The notes: generated from the letters alone by a model not told the origin. 56,184 nt of DNA, filler included, from Platydemus manokwari (GCA_037951405.1; 5 parts of 5 records of this genome joined end to end with filler, not necessarily neighbours in it); one strand, 5' to 3'; shown: positions 28,480-41,746, numbered from the whole stretch's first letter. Made by a program: numbers and translations.

Positions 28480-29311
28480 AGAGCAGAGATAGAACTGTAT
28501 TCAAGTAAATCATGCAATACTAGAACTATCAAATATGAGCGATTATATTCAATTTAAATTTCGCGGGTTGATAGTACAGACAATTTTTCAGGTTGTCAAA
28601 TTTCATGTCAATATTTTCATTGGTTAAAAAGCTATGTTGGTCACTTCGAAACAAAAATGTTTTTTCGATTCACAGAATGAATGATTTGGTTGAGCAAAGA
28701 AGAGAACTTTTGCTTGAGAATCAAATTTCCAATGTAGAAACATTGATGATATCGTAGAAGGGCTTAGGTAGAAACAAAAGAATATGAATTGTATAAAATA
28801 TTTAAAGAGAATTGAGAACGTATGAGGACGTACTACCGATGAAATAACCATAAATATCAACTGATACAATTGACATTTATATGTCGTTCGCATGAAAATG
28901 TTCGCTCAAGAAACCAGAATGAAGTGCGAATAACTCTTGGTTTTTGCACTATGATAACGCACAGTCTGACGTTGCGTTGATTATTCGAGACTTTTTCATC
29001 AAAAATTCAATACATATCATTCCAAAACTACCACATTCGCCCGGTGCAGCACCTTGTGACTTCTGTCCATTCAATGAACTCATAAAAACCCCTCCGAGAA
29101 CACTATTGTGCTCGATTGAAAAGATAAAAGTCGAGTCGTGGATGGTATTGAATGGCATTCTGGAAATCGATTTACCAACTGTTTCGAGGTTTAGAAAAAA
29201 CATTGGAATAAATTTATTATGTAGGAAGCCGGTGATGGGATTGGTTTTGAAGAATAAATAAAGATTTTTCTTTTATTACAAAATTCTGGGTCATATTTAC
29301 TGACCAATCGA
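28480..29311 (+). mobile_element. Decayed, internally deleted mariner (Tc1/mariner DD34D) transposon
   Basis: ORF 28944-29261 reads HYDNAQSD..IIRDFF.KN....PHSPGAAPCDFCPF, matching the mariner HHDNAP..H / PYSPDLAPCDF motifs. A mariner-like 3' end lies at ~29250-29311. The left boundary is approximate. Confidence 0.85.
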
Positions 29312-29539
29312 TATATATATTTACCGCCATTATCTAATTTGAAATAAGAGATTATTTAGAGTGTTTATTAAAGCCAAAATTGAGATACATGGTTTTAGGT
29401 TTATATTTCGAACTCGAATCAATTATTGAAAATTAGACTCACGTTTATAATATTATATTACATATTATATGTTAATAATTTTTTATAAATAATTACAGTG
29501 AAAAATTTTAATTTTATACACTCACAGTTTCCAGAATAT

Positions 29540-30060
29540 TAATAACAGTAATTCGGACAAGAGGAAATCATCAGGTCAATAATGTAATTATTCATGTCCG
29601 CCTCTTCACGAGAGAACCGAAATCATCAAAAACAAAACAAATGTGAACAAGCACGATAATAACAAGCAATTGGAATATTGCAATGCAAATACAAAATTAA
29701 ACTATCCGCCTCATTAATGCTTATCAAGGTGTGTCAATGAGCTTGAGAACGTTAAATACGCAGTTGCCAATCACTGGCCGAATCTGAAATCAGCGAAAAT
29801 AATGATGATATGAAACACTCGTCCATCTACGGTGTCACAAAGCCATGTTGAACCGATGATATTTTACCAGACTCAACTATGTTGAGAGCACTCAAAATTC
29901 AGTCATGCGATAATTTTATTTACAACGTTTCTTCAACAGAAGCACGTGGAGAGGTATCTGACCCAGCAGTCGGTTCTGAAAACATACAGCAACCGCAATT
30001 GTAATCTTATACATGTACGGTCCTCTTCAGTTTGTTGTTGCTGTCCTCAATGCCTACTAA
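29540..30060 (-). mobile_element. hAT-like transposase N-terminal remnant
   Basis: Broken motifs ILSALNIVES, LFSLISDS (~LF..MFPDS) and FVFDD (~F..FDES) occur in the expected order. Confidence 0.35.
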
Positions 30061-32123
30061 CGCATCGTTTGCGTAATTAATTTCGATATTTTAGCGTAAA
30101 TTAAATTTGTAACATCCATACTTGAATGGATCAGTTCAATAGATCCTAAATCACTTCAAAAGGAGAAAATGAAAGATTAAACAAAAAATATTATATATTT
30201 AAATTAACTCACTAAATATGACCAATAAATGTATCCCAATAACTTATTATTAGTGATGTCCTATCAAAACCCTTACTTATGAATATTTGAGCATTAAATT
30301 GAAATTTTGGAATTTTAAAATACCACCTTTAAAATTTTAATGAAAAACATATGTTTTATTGCAATTTTTGACTCAAAGATGTTTTCCATGAATAAGGAAG
30401 GATCTTAAGCGAAACACTAATTAATGTACCACCAATCAGACGTCAACCATCGTCTTGTTTGATATAAAGTTATAACAGAACAACTGTGTGTTAAAACACA
30501 ATTCAGGAAAACGATCGGTTTTATATATGACACCAATCAAGATTTAAAAACAAATCAACTTTAACAATAAATTCAATTTGATTAAGTTTCGATGAAAACA
30601 TGGGAAAATATTTGCCATTACAATTCGTTCTAGGATTTTTGTCGATTTGAAAAAGTCTCACATTGTTAATCCTCAATCCAATTTGTGAAAGATGGTGATT
30701 TGTTACGGGAGACCATTGGAAAAAGTCAAATCAAGAAAACAGATTATTCCACACGGTCGAATAGAGAGATAAACTGTTATTGATTTATCAACGAAGTTTC
30801 GTAATTGAAATTTTGGTTGTTGATGGATTATCTCTGGCGGGATGGTTAAAACTATTCCGGTGTGATTATTGGGAATTGAAATTGTTAGCACCATTGAATT
30901 GGTCTTGTTATTTAACGGAAAATGTACTCGGAATTTTCTAGTTGAGAATTTTCACTATTTTATCATCAAATCAATCATCCGTATTTTAAGATATAAAACA
31001 AATTAATTTATACTTAATCAATAGAACATCTATTTATAGTAACATCACGATATTATAATATGCACAACTTAGATTGAATTAATTCATTAAAACACGAATC
31101 CATATAATAGAAATTCGAAAATTCACAGTATTCGTTAATATGAACTATTAATGATAACTAATTTACTAAAACTTGTTTTATTAAATATGATGTTAATAAT
31201 TTCATATTTTTGTACGCATATTTTAAGCATATATTTTCAATATTCTAAAAAACAATTATCAAACTTAATTATTACTTCATTAAAGGGATAATTCATAATT
31301 AATAGCAGTACGACCATTAATACTTCGTGATAATACTGCAGAGCTGTGATATAACATGGGCGATGTGATTCGTTTCTCAGAATTTTCATTAAAAAGCAAG
31401 CTGATGCTCCTGGATCGAAAGCTGCTTCGATGATTGCATTAACAGAATTGTCATGTCTCATTAGATTTCGAGCAAATTCGTTCTTTGAATTCATAACTGA
31501 GAGTAGAGTACTCCCATGCTCGTCAGTGCTGCCGTTCTTTGATGTCCTTATAGTTAGTGAGATCAAAGATTTGCAATGAGTGCATTTCCACTGAGAAGGA
31601 AACAAGCATCAAATCTACAACAGCTGAGAGCAGAGATCTCATTTGTGATTCGTAACGATTTCCTCAATTCCGCCATTTTTCAACTAACAGAATCGTCATT
31701 TGTGTCTCCACTGTGGATTTCTTGCGATTCAACGCAGCCTCCCGTACAACATTAATAATTTAATTTACATCCATTCAAACAACCATCAAATTAATTTCAA
31801 GAATTAAATTATTTGATTATCGATTTTAAATTCTACAATAACTCGTAAATAACAGATGATTTTCTTTTCTTGTCGTTCTTGTTTATTGTTGAGTTTGATG
31901 AATATTTGTTTAAATTGTATTGATGGATTTCTAGGAAAATTTATTTGTTCAAATGAGAACAAGATGGAGAGCAATTTCATGAAATGAGGGATAATATTCA
32001 ACTGTATGGGGAGCCATGGGGATGTTTAAAAATAAAATAGTAAGGGCAGGTTAAAATAGATTATATAATTATCATACTAATTGTAATGAGAATTAAAACA
32101 AATAAAAATAAATTTAATAACAT

Positions 32124-32197
<74 letters not shown>
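32124..32197. repeat. (AG)n microsatellite
   Basis: About 35 AG units with one interruption. It produces the spurious poly-ER and poly-SL ORFs in the ORF track. Confidence 0.97.
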
Positions 32198-32201
<4 letters not shown>

Positions 32202-32256
32202 AATAAAAGAATCCTGTTTACAACAATTCTCTATGACTAAATTACCGTATACCATC

Positions 32257-32356
32257 NNNNNNNNNNNNNNNNNNNNNNNNNNNNNNNNNNNNNNNNNNNN
32301 TTAATTAATTAANNNNNNNNNNNNNNNNNNNNNNNNNNNNNNNNNNNNNNNNNNNN
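32257..32356. other. Artificial contig linker N44-TTAATTAATTAA-N44
   Basis: Same 100-bp construct. Confidence 0.98.
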
Positions 32357-33314
32357 GTTTCTTGTTATTTAATCTAACTTTTAATGATCTTATATATTAA
32401 TAATTTCTAATATGTAGAATGAATTTTGAATTACTTTTAGTAATGCTAATCTTAGGATTATTGAAACCAATATATAATATATCTTGGTCTCTTGTTTAAT
32501 AAAGCTACTGACCATGTATAAATTTGTGACTCCTAAAATTAAATTAGATTTGAAAGCTTATTTAAATAATTAACTTGAATAGGTTTATAAGTTTGTATTT
32601 TCAATAATTTAGGCTAATTCAGACACACAAAATTCGAATGATTTAATAAGTAATTTTCCCTCTCCTTTAGTTTCGTAATATATTTAATTATCCTGTATTT
32701 TTCTGTTTAAGGTTAATCTAATCATCATCAAAAATAATGGTCTATATAAGCTTCCATAAATCCAAATATGTTTTTTAGTAAAAATCGTCCCGTTAACTTG
32801 TTTTTTAAAAAATGAAAGGATTTTCTCTTCTGAATCTTTTATTTTATTTATTCTGACTTTCTTTAGTTTGATCTGGAATTCATGATTTTAATTCATCAGT
32901 TCATTCATTAGATTGATCTTATAATATAACAAGCTTGATATTCCCAATATTTTGGATATTTTCAATTTCCTAAGTCCCTAATGATTATCTCATGTTGTCA
33001 AATAAGTTAAGGAGGACATTATTTTCTAAACTTACATTATGATCATCAGCTCCTATTTTCTTTAATTCAATTTCAATTTCATATTTTAGGAAACCATCAC
33101 ACATATCTACAAAATTGAAGGTTTGTTGAGATTCAAAAATAATATCTTCGGATTCATTTAAATTGAATCTATAGTTGAAAGTGGGTTAATAATATATAAA
33201 TCTTCTTTTTATTAACATTTATACATTTACAAATACTTCTATCCAATTTTGATTCCATTTTTGTAGCAAAATTTAACAATAAAAAATATTTTTTTGAGAA
33301 TTTTCGTTTTTCAT
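32357..33314 (-). pseudogene. Polinton/Maverick (adintovirus-like) major capsid protein remnant
   Basis: Minus-strand NLNESEDIIFESQQTFNFVDMCDGFLKYEIEI...SLENNVLLNLFDNMRIII(fs)EIENIQNIG, then LKNIFGFMEAY..LTLNR, then YTWSV..KRPRYII(fs)GF. The order and content match Polinton double-jelly-roll MCP motifs. Frameshifted. Confidence 0.65.
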
Positions 33315-35205
33315 CTTAAGTTATTTACCTTAATTTATTTAATTTTATTAAAATATTTTATTGAATTATAAACATTGTTATGACCACCCTTTTTAAACGC
33401 TAATGTCTTTCTTTATTCATAAAATTATTCTATTGGGTTCAATGCTACTGGGGTAAGCCCAGATGAAAATTTTAATCCCGTTCCCATTATTGCTTGGCTA
33501 TTTTGTTTATCTCGTAATTTATAATTTCAACCGTCGTTTTATGGGTATTGATTATAATTCTTGTTAAGTAATTCCCTCTTCAGTTAAAACTTTAAAATAG
33601 TTAAAAATATCATTAGAATTTGGACTTCTCCTTATAAACGTCTTGTTATTCACAAATAATAAATACATTTAGTTCTTTATTATTAAAATATTAAGTTGTT
33701 CATTTAACTGTAAATAATTTTTATTGTCTGATATATAAAGTAAATGTTTATGTTTATTGATTTCAATGAAATGAAATCCGTTTTATTTTCAATTATATAT
33801 GGAGTGATATTTAATATAATTTGATTTTTGAGAAAATTTTGTTAACATATCAAAGTATTTTTCAATATCCTCAGTCTTCTTTTGTAACATCATTAAAATA
33901 ATATTTATTATTCAATTTTACCACAAAAAATCTTGTATTATTATCTAATTTTTTGATTTGCAATTTCGGATAAGGCAAAGGAACAGATAATGCATTTTCA
34001 TTCACTCTAAATTCTTCAAAATAAGTTCTGATTTCAAATTATAAGTCAAAATATATTTAATTAATTATAGCGAGACTGAATGATTTCTTATTAACCTTTT
34101 ATCCCTTGATAGCTTCTAATTTCTTTCCATCTTCTATTGTTAATTGATATTTGTTCATTGTTTTCAAAGACTTAGTTTGATTTTGTACAAGTTTTTCTAT
34201 AAATTGTTTAGTAAATTCTATAAAATTTTAGAATATTGTTTTTCTTTGATTGATGTTATAATTTTTCCTATCCATTATTAGGCATTATTTTTAAGTTCAA
34301 AGGCTGTGATAATCTCAATAAATTGACCATTAAAATGCAAATCAAATACAAAATAAGCATAGCATGAATACCACCATGTTTCTGGAAATTAATGCAGTAG
34401 TTAGGGGATGTAGTAGCACGTCACTTTGTGGAAAAGTACAAATCGCATGGTTATTTTGAAATTGTATGAATTTATGTTTGGCTATCCAATATGAACAAAA
34501 ACTGAAACAATAATTTAGAAATATAAAATATAAATAAAATCTATTTCGCTAGAATAAAATGAAATATTGTAATCACCAGCAGTGAGATGAATTGTTTAGA
34601 AATTTTATGTCGAGTTATTATTGTCCACCAAACAATAAAATTAATCTAAGGAAAATTTAATGAATAGCTCCAGGTGCGAATTTCTCAATGCACTTTAAAG
34701 GAAAATTATTTTAAATTTTTGTTACTGGATAAATTATTACAGGGTTTCAAAATTAATAAAATACTATAAAAATATTAAAATGATAAAAAATTGAGATTAT
34801 TTGATGAAATTTAGGATAAAAAATCGAACGTGATTAAAATATTAAGATGATTATATGGTGTACGCAGAATATTTAACTGAGGAATATTAAGATAACAGAT
34901 TAAATGACCTTATCACCTAAAAATCAATTGCAAATGATTTGTTTTCTTTAATGGTGCACATTTAAAGGTGCATTTTAAAATTTAAAATTAAATCTTATTT
35001 AACAATTGTGTTTATAAATACCAAATATATGCAATTTAAAATAATTATTACCATAATATCACATATTTATCGATTTACGAAGAAATCAATGTTGTTATGA
35101 CTGGTTAAATATTTTTAATGATTTCATAAAAGTTTGAATGGTTTTATCGACCACCACATAACAAATATTAATTTAATTGACGAATAAAATTGATCAGTTT
35201 ACTTA

Positions 35206-35955
35206 TCAATACACAATGTGATACCCTTGCCATATATCTTTACTATTGTTCCAACTAATTGGGAGAGTGCTAAAAGCATATTTAACTAGCACACATTGTT
35301 TTTGATCACCGCTGTAGTAGAATGATTTGCAGTTGTCGTCCTGAAAACATCTGTAATTAATATTTAAAAATTTTAAAATTAAATTATGATTCTTATTAAT
35401 TTACCGTGATCCACAATGCAAATTACTTTTCGATTTTAATTTTTCGTAACAACCCATTTCATTGTCATTATTGAAGATGTTGACCTTATTGAGTTTGAAT
35501 CGTATCGAATTGATCTTAGTAAATTTAACACTAACACAGATAATGTTATTCTTCCGTGTGCATGGAAAATCGTTAATTCCGTCAGGCATACTTTCTGTGC
35601 AATCTTCCCCTTCACCGAAATTATCTGGCTGATAGGATTTCCATAATGTTTTATCATTAGACAATGAACCATCGGTTTTCATCCACTCGGTTTTATTATC
35701 AAATCGTTCATTGAACAAATCGGTCATTCCCAAAATGAATCCAATCGAATTGTTCATACAAGACCTCATTAATTGTATTTCTTTGTCTATTGCTAGTCTT
35801 CCATTCATTGAGTAACAACTTTCAGCCGCCTTACAAAAAGGTTGTCCTTCATTTTCATAATGATAGCAAATTGAGTTACAAAATGAGTAATTAATTGGAC
35901 AGTCAAGTCCTTCCGATTCATCGAAATAAAGAATTAACAAAACATAAAAAATCAT
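35206..35955 (-). CDS. Secreted C-type lectin with C-terminal PAN/apple domain, paralog A (exons 35955-35405, 35350-35206; 231 aa)
   Basis: Signal-like MIFYVLLILYF; CTLD with CP..Y..C..CY, C....GRLA, ILGMTD, W..YQPDN..EDC..IND.PC...IC. A 54-nt GT-AG intron restores LHCGSR-CFQDDNCKSFYY....QCVL, the PAN C-x3-C-x5-C-xSFxY-C pattern. Confidence 0.88.
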
Positions 35956-38530
35956 TTTAAATGATAAACATAATCTTGCATCTTGGAAATGCAAATGATT
36001 TCCTGCAATAAAAATTGTCGACCAATAAAATATCTAATTCTATTTTTAATTAATGAGTGTACATGTCATTTTTTAAAGTAATATCTATTTATTAATCAGG
36101 AAAAATATTGCTAATTAGTTTTTTATAGCCATTAGCATTACTTTCGTTTATGAAAACTGATAAATTAATCATATTATAATCTTTCGAGCATTGGTAATTT
36201 GAAGGTTTATATACGCTCGAATTGTTAAAAACAATTTTAATATAAAATATCATTTCAAAATATTTATCACAACTACACAAAATTTAATCGAGTCAAAAAA
36301 TTTTAAATGTACCGATTTTGTATTTACTATTCCAATATTATTCTTTGCGTAATGTAAAAGAAATATTTTGGATGGACTTTTAAAATTTTTTAATTTTTAT
36401 GGCTTCTTGTTATTTAGCAAAAACGTCAAGCAATAACCGTTGTAAAAGAAGGAATACTTTTGTCACTATTAAGCTCTATTTTATTTTAATTCCAGACCAA
36501 CGTAAGTAACATGAATAATACGAGTATAAATGATAGAAATGAAAATGTGAATACAAGTACGAATTGTGTAAAATGTATTGATAAAAGTAATAAAGGTATT
36601 ATTAGGAATTAGCCTACAAAGAGTACTAAATATGGAAATTTTTATCATTAAATATATGCCTCTGGAGGCGGAGCCAGTAGCAAGTGACCTATAATAAACA
36701 ATCATTATCAATATGCTTTTAAATAAGTTTAGTGCTGGGTGTTAAAAGTAGAATATCATTTAAAAAGTAATCCAATATATAATGATACTAGAACTCATGC
36801 GAATATTCAAGAAAATTATCAAGGTTTTAATAAAGTTTTAGTAAAAATTTAATTTGTTTCCATCAAAATTTATTGTTTCAAAATATTTCAAATATTTAAT
36901 AAAATCTAAGATTTGCTTAATTTTTCGATGCCGTTATTTTAATCACTCAACTTTTTGAGGTTTAGGCAACCTTTTAAAATTAAGATCTACTTGACATGGA
37001 CCTAAAATTCGTAACGTTCTTCGTCCTCTCTCTCATACATGGTTCTTTATTTACCAAAATTTTAGAGCACTTTATCTATCTTAATTTCATCGCATATTAA
37101 TAAAACCGAAAATATTTGATAGTTTTTGATAAATCGTTTATAATCGATGCTTAACACAATGTAAGACCTCAACCAGGTTCAATTAATTCCGTAATCTCTT
37201 TAACTTCGTCATTATTAGTTTTTCTTACAGAAAAAGAAAGCATATCCTGATCGATTCACCCTTTTTAGAAACACAGCCAAATGAGAGTTCAAAGTGCTCA
37301 TATTAGGCTTTATGACATTATTTTCAAGAGGATTTTTTATTAATTATTACATTTTGATTTCTAAACTTCTTGAACTCTTTTTGACGTTTTAGGCAATGGG
37401 TTCATCTTTTTGTCAAATCTTGTGATAGGCTAAATATGTTAATACCAAATCGTACCAAGACGTCATAGAAATTGAGTTATTTTTTATATACACCGATTTA
37501 ATTTAATGTCTACGTTATCAAAAGTCTTCAGTGTTATTTCGATTCTACCTTGGTTGTTGTATTTATTTCCCATAAAATATTTCTTTTACCTCAATAATTT
37601 GTTATACTAGAATTTTATTTTTCCAAATAATGAGGATCCTCATTGTCCCTTGACACGGTTTGTGTGAATTGGATAATACACCAGTCAATCACATCAGAAT
37701 TTATGAACTACCATTCCTTATTGCGACTTCAATTTCTCTCATACATTACTGTTATGGATGCGTCAGAATCCCGTAACATGTACCTTTGAACCCAAGTATA
37801 CTGCTCAATAGTGGAAACAATGCAACTATCGAGAAATCCACAAGAGATTGAAAGCTAACTTAATCACTTGCTTCACTTTCGGTTTAAATATAGTATTCAT
37901 TGATCTCATATTGTTTGATTAACTGGTGATTAACTGGTACACGATTAATTTTAACCCAAAATCTTTTGTCTGCACGACTGGGCTTAGACTTTTGAAAAAA
38001 GTCTCTTTGTGAAAACTTTTTTATCCTTTTTAAATCAGCAATGAATCTATCTTGTGAATCTCTTGAAATATAGTCAAAATAATGTTGCAATGGCTATTCA
38101 CAGATTGATGATTTTCTTTTGAAATTAGTGATGTATATAATTTTCCAGTTTCACTATGATTATTGATATATTCTTAAATATTTTGGAATGGCAAGGAATA
38201 TTTGTTCCCGTGAAATTCTAATATCTCTCAATATTAATTTGAATTATACCTTAAGCAATCATTAGAGGTGATTTATTACTTTATGCCACTAACTTTTAGT
38301 CTCTGAACAAATTTCATATTCTCATCATAAGAAACTTAAGAAACTTGCTGTGGATTGTCCATATATTTCCCGTCGTTTATTCTAGAGATCAAACATTTGC
38401 CTGAGTTCCTTCAAAATATATCTCTTTGAAGTAGTAGATGATTTATTTAATCCTGCTCTTATGGTGGTAGGTGTTTTGATGCATAAAAGCTTTAATATAT
38501 TGAAATTGTACATTTCATGAAATCGTAAAA

Positions 38531-39196
38531 TTAAACCTAAACTTACCAGAACGGTCAAATGACCGCTTTCGAGTCTTTAATGAAAATTGGTAAATTCCAC
38601 TGAACCGTTTATAGGTTGCGGACGATATATAACCACTGATAATTTTTTATGAGCACATGTTCAGCCACAAAATTTTTATCAAAAAGAACTACTTTAGTAG
38701 GCACAAGAAGGAATCACCCATAACTGCGAAAGAAAAGAAAGACAAAATGGCACTTTTTTCAACTAAGCTTTACAAATCAAATAATTGTACTTTAACAATT
38801 TACAAAACCAAACCGAACAAAAAAGTTTTCATACTAAGTTCAAAGTACAAATATGTAAAAATGGAAGAAACATGTAAATATATATCTGAAACTATTGCTT
38901 TTTAAAATATACCAAATTTGGTGTGGATATGACCGATCAAATTGCTAGAAAGAATAGCACAAAATCTAAATCTAATAGATGGTCTACCCAGGTATCTTTC
39001 AACATTCTGGATTTAGCTGCTATAAATGCTTGGATTTAATATGAGAAAATAACTGGAGGAAAAATTTCGCGACAAGAATTTTTATTTCAGTTGGCATAAA
39101 AACTTGCCACCGAATACTGACATATAAATGAACAAGAAAAAATGGAAAGCATAGCGAAAACATCAGCAGATTCCACTACAACTTCTGAAAGACGAA
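38531..39196 (+). mobile_element. piggyBac transposon remnant (left TIR + deleted transposase)
   Basis: TTAA-ACCTAAACTTACCAGAACGGTCAAATGACCG is a piggyBac-like terminus. Motifs GRYITTDNFF, KKVFILSS and TKFGVDMTDQ..RW..FNILDLAAINAWI..ISRQEFL are typical of PGBD transposases. Stops and frameshifts are present. Confidence 0.88.
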
Positions 39197-39632
39197 CAAA
39201 CTTAACTTATAGCTCTTATTAAGAAGCTTTTTAATGAATATCTCCTTGGAAACATCTTCCTTATTTTCCATATGAACTCCAATTATGGAAATTTTAACTC
39301 TTCTTAAAAAGTATGATGGACTTCGAAGGTCATGATAAAGTGTCCTGATCACCATATAAGGTGTATTTGTCAACATTTTCTTCTTGTATATCTGAAGAAG
39401 AATTTTATTAATTAAAGATAAATCTCCTTTAAAATATAAATCGGATTTTATTTCATACTCCACGCCAGGAATTACATAATTTAATTTAAACTCGTTTCTC
39501 AAAATTTCCGAAACTTGCATTGCTTCAATGTTTTTATCGACTAGTGAAAGAAATTCTTCCACATCTTCACCATTAAAAATAGCTGGTTCCTTGTAAATTA
39601 ATCGCGCTTTTTCTAAATCTGTTCGTTCACAC
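39197..39632 (-). mobile_element. Gag-like fragment of an LTR retrotransposon, truncating the piggyBac remnant
   Basis: Open frame EPAIFNGEDVEEFL...LRSPSYFLRRVK...KEIFIKKL resembles Ty3/Gypsy capsid (PxxFxG..VEEF; MHR-like region). Confidence 0.45.
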
Positions 39633-40105
39633 TAAACCTTTTATTAAATTATAAATTATACCTTTATATTTAAAATTTAAAATTGTTTAAAAATTTTAAA
39701 ATCTACTTATATTGTAATGGGAATAAATCCATATTAAGTAAACATTTTTAATCGATCTATTGATAATTGGTTTATTTATTGTTTTGTGCTCTATTTTATT
39801 TTTAAAGCAATTTTTATCGGATTGTCTAGGTTAACATGTACTCAGGAATTTTCTAGATATTCCTCACAGCGCGTCACATTATAAATAAATTTTAATTTGA
39901 TTTTACATAAACAATAATGCTTAGATAAAACAATTCCTATTTTTATTCCAAACTGTGGTAAATGTTTGATAAACATAAGAAAATCGATTAATATATATAA
40001 AAACCAATAAAAATCCAAAATAAAAATATTTTATTCGTCACCAGTTTTCATTGGATTATATAATCTGTATTAGTGGGAATGCAATGCAAATTTATCATTT
40101 AGAAA

Positions 40106-40851
40106 ATGATGTTTTATCTTTTATATTTTCTTTATTCTGTTAAATCCGAGAAGATAGTGTGTCCAATTGATTATAAATTATGTGGATCACTATGTTTTCA
40201 TTATGAGAAACGAGAGGCGCCTTATTGTAAGGCTGCTGCAAGGTGTTATTCGATAAATGGAAGATTGGCAAAGGACACTGAAATAAAATCAATTACGTCT
40301 TGTCTAAAATATGGTTTTACATTTATATTAGGAATGAATGATTTGTTCAACGAACGATATACCAGTATGACTGATTGGATGAATAGCGATGGATCATTGT
40401 CTCGAAATAAAGACCTATGGGTCTCAGATCAACCGGATAATAATGGTGGAAGTGAAGACTGCACAGCAACCTTCTATGGAAAAGTTTATGATTTATCATG
40501 TAATATCGGACGTGGCATTCTCTGCATTGGTGATAATTTGGTGAAAATCAATTCTAAAATATTTAAAATCGATACAAATAATATCTATAATAATGATAAT
40601 GAAATCGGATGTTATGAAACATTGAATTCGAAAAGTAAATTACATTGTGGAACACTGTAAATGATATTTACAATAGTTAATCTTTATAAATATTTAATTT
40701 CAGATGTCTTCAAGACGATAATTGCAAATCTTTCTACTACAATGATGCTCGAAACCAATGTGTGCTGGCGAAATTTGCATTCAGCACTCTCCCGGCTAGT
40801 TGGAAAAATAGGGATGATATATGGTCAGGATATCACATTATTCGGCTGTAG
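40106..40851 (+). CDS. Secreted C-type lectin with C-terminal PAN/apple domain, paralog B (exons 40106-40656, 40704-40851; 232 aa)
   Basis: Colinear, gap-free paralog of A with motif QPDNNGGSEDC..VYD.SC. A 47-nt phase-2 GT-AG intron sits at the identical position. Exon 2 reads CLQDDNCKSFYYNDARNQCVL...WSGYHIIRL*. Confidence 0.9.
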
Positions 40852-41746
40852 TTGAACAACCGAATCTAAAACTTTCGCAATCATTTAAAATATTTAATCG
40901 CTGAAATTATTATGGATTTTCAAATAAATCGATAGCATTTGATATTATGATAATAAATATTCAAAATTATATATATATATATATATAATATCAAAATAAT
41001 TGTTAAACCAAATTTTTCTTTAATTTTTGTATGGTTAATTCTTATAATTTTAAAATTCAAAAAAGCGAAAATCGCTGAAGAAAGAAAGCAATTGGTGATG
41101 ACAAAATATTAATCAACACTTTAATTTCTTGACATAAAATCATCATTTTCATTTAACCAAGCCGCGCATTACAATAATGATAATATTTATAATCATTCCA
41201 ATAATATTACGAGCTTCACTATTCGCAAACAATAATTATGGGAAATATTATGTCGGTTGTGAAGATAAATCCAGGTTGTAGCCTTTGTCATGGTCACTCA
41301 TTATAGAAGTACTGAATTACGTGTTGTGACACAAAATTCGGTTAAAGTTGTTTGGAAAAAATCACTTATCGACACAAAACCACACTAATAAGCTTGATTT
41401 ATAAAATCGAAATTTGAGAAAGACTGATGATATGTGGGGCTAAAAGAAATATAAAAAACCTCAGAATCGCATATAAAACCGTTTCAAATGTATTTTTCCA
41501 ATGGCTGTACTGTTGGTCGAATAATAGTGCTGCTCCTGTTTTGAAATCAAGATCACAGACTCATCCTTCAAGTTTATAATTATATTTACATCAAATCGTG
41601 TTTATTTACATCATAGGCAGTGTAGACATATATTTATAGATCCGCATGGAAATTACCAAATCTAAAATCGATATCCTTGACTAAAAGAAAAGGAAATTAT
41701 TATACTTCAATACATTCTATCATTAGGTATCCCTCTAAATGTATTT

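Noticed and set aside
32061-32304. ORFs with poly-ER / poly-SL tracts
   Set aside because: Translations of the (AG)n microsatellite; one runs into the N linker.
35956-35994. N-terminal extension MHFQDARLCLSFK of lectin A
   Set aside because: It starts at a non-ATG codon. Paralog alignment and signal peptide position place the start at ATG 35955.
40661-40855. 64-aa ORF after lectin B (and 35436-35672 inside lectin A)
   Set aside because: Wrong frame; the region is intron plus exon 2, or an alternate frame, of the lectin genes.
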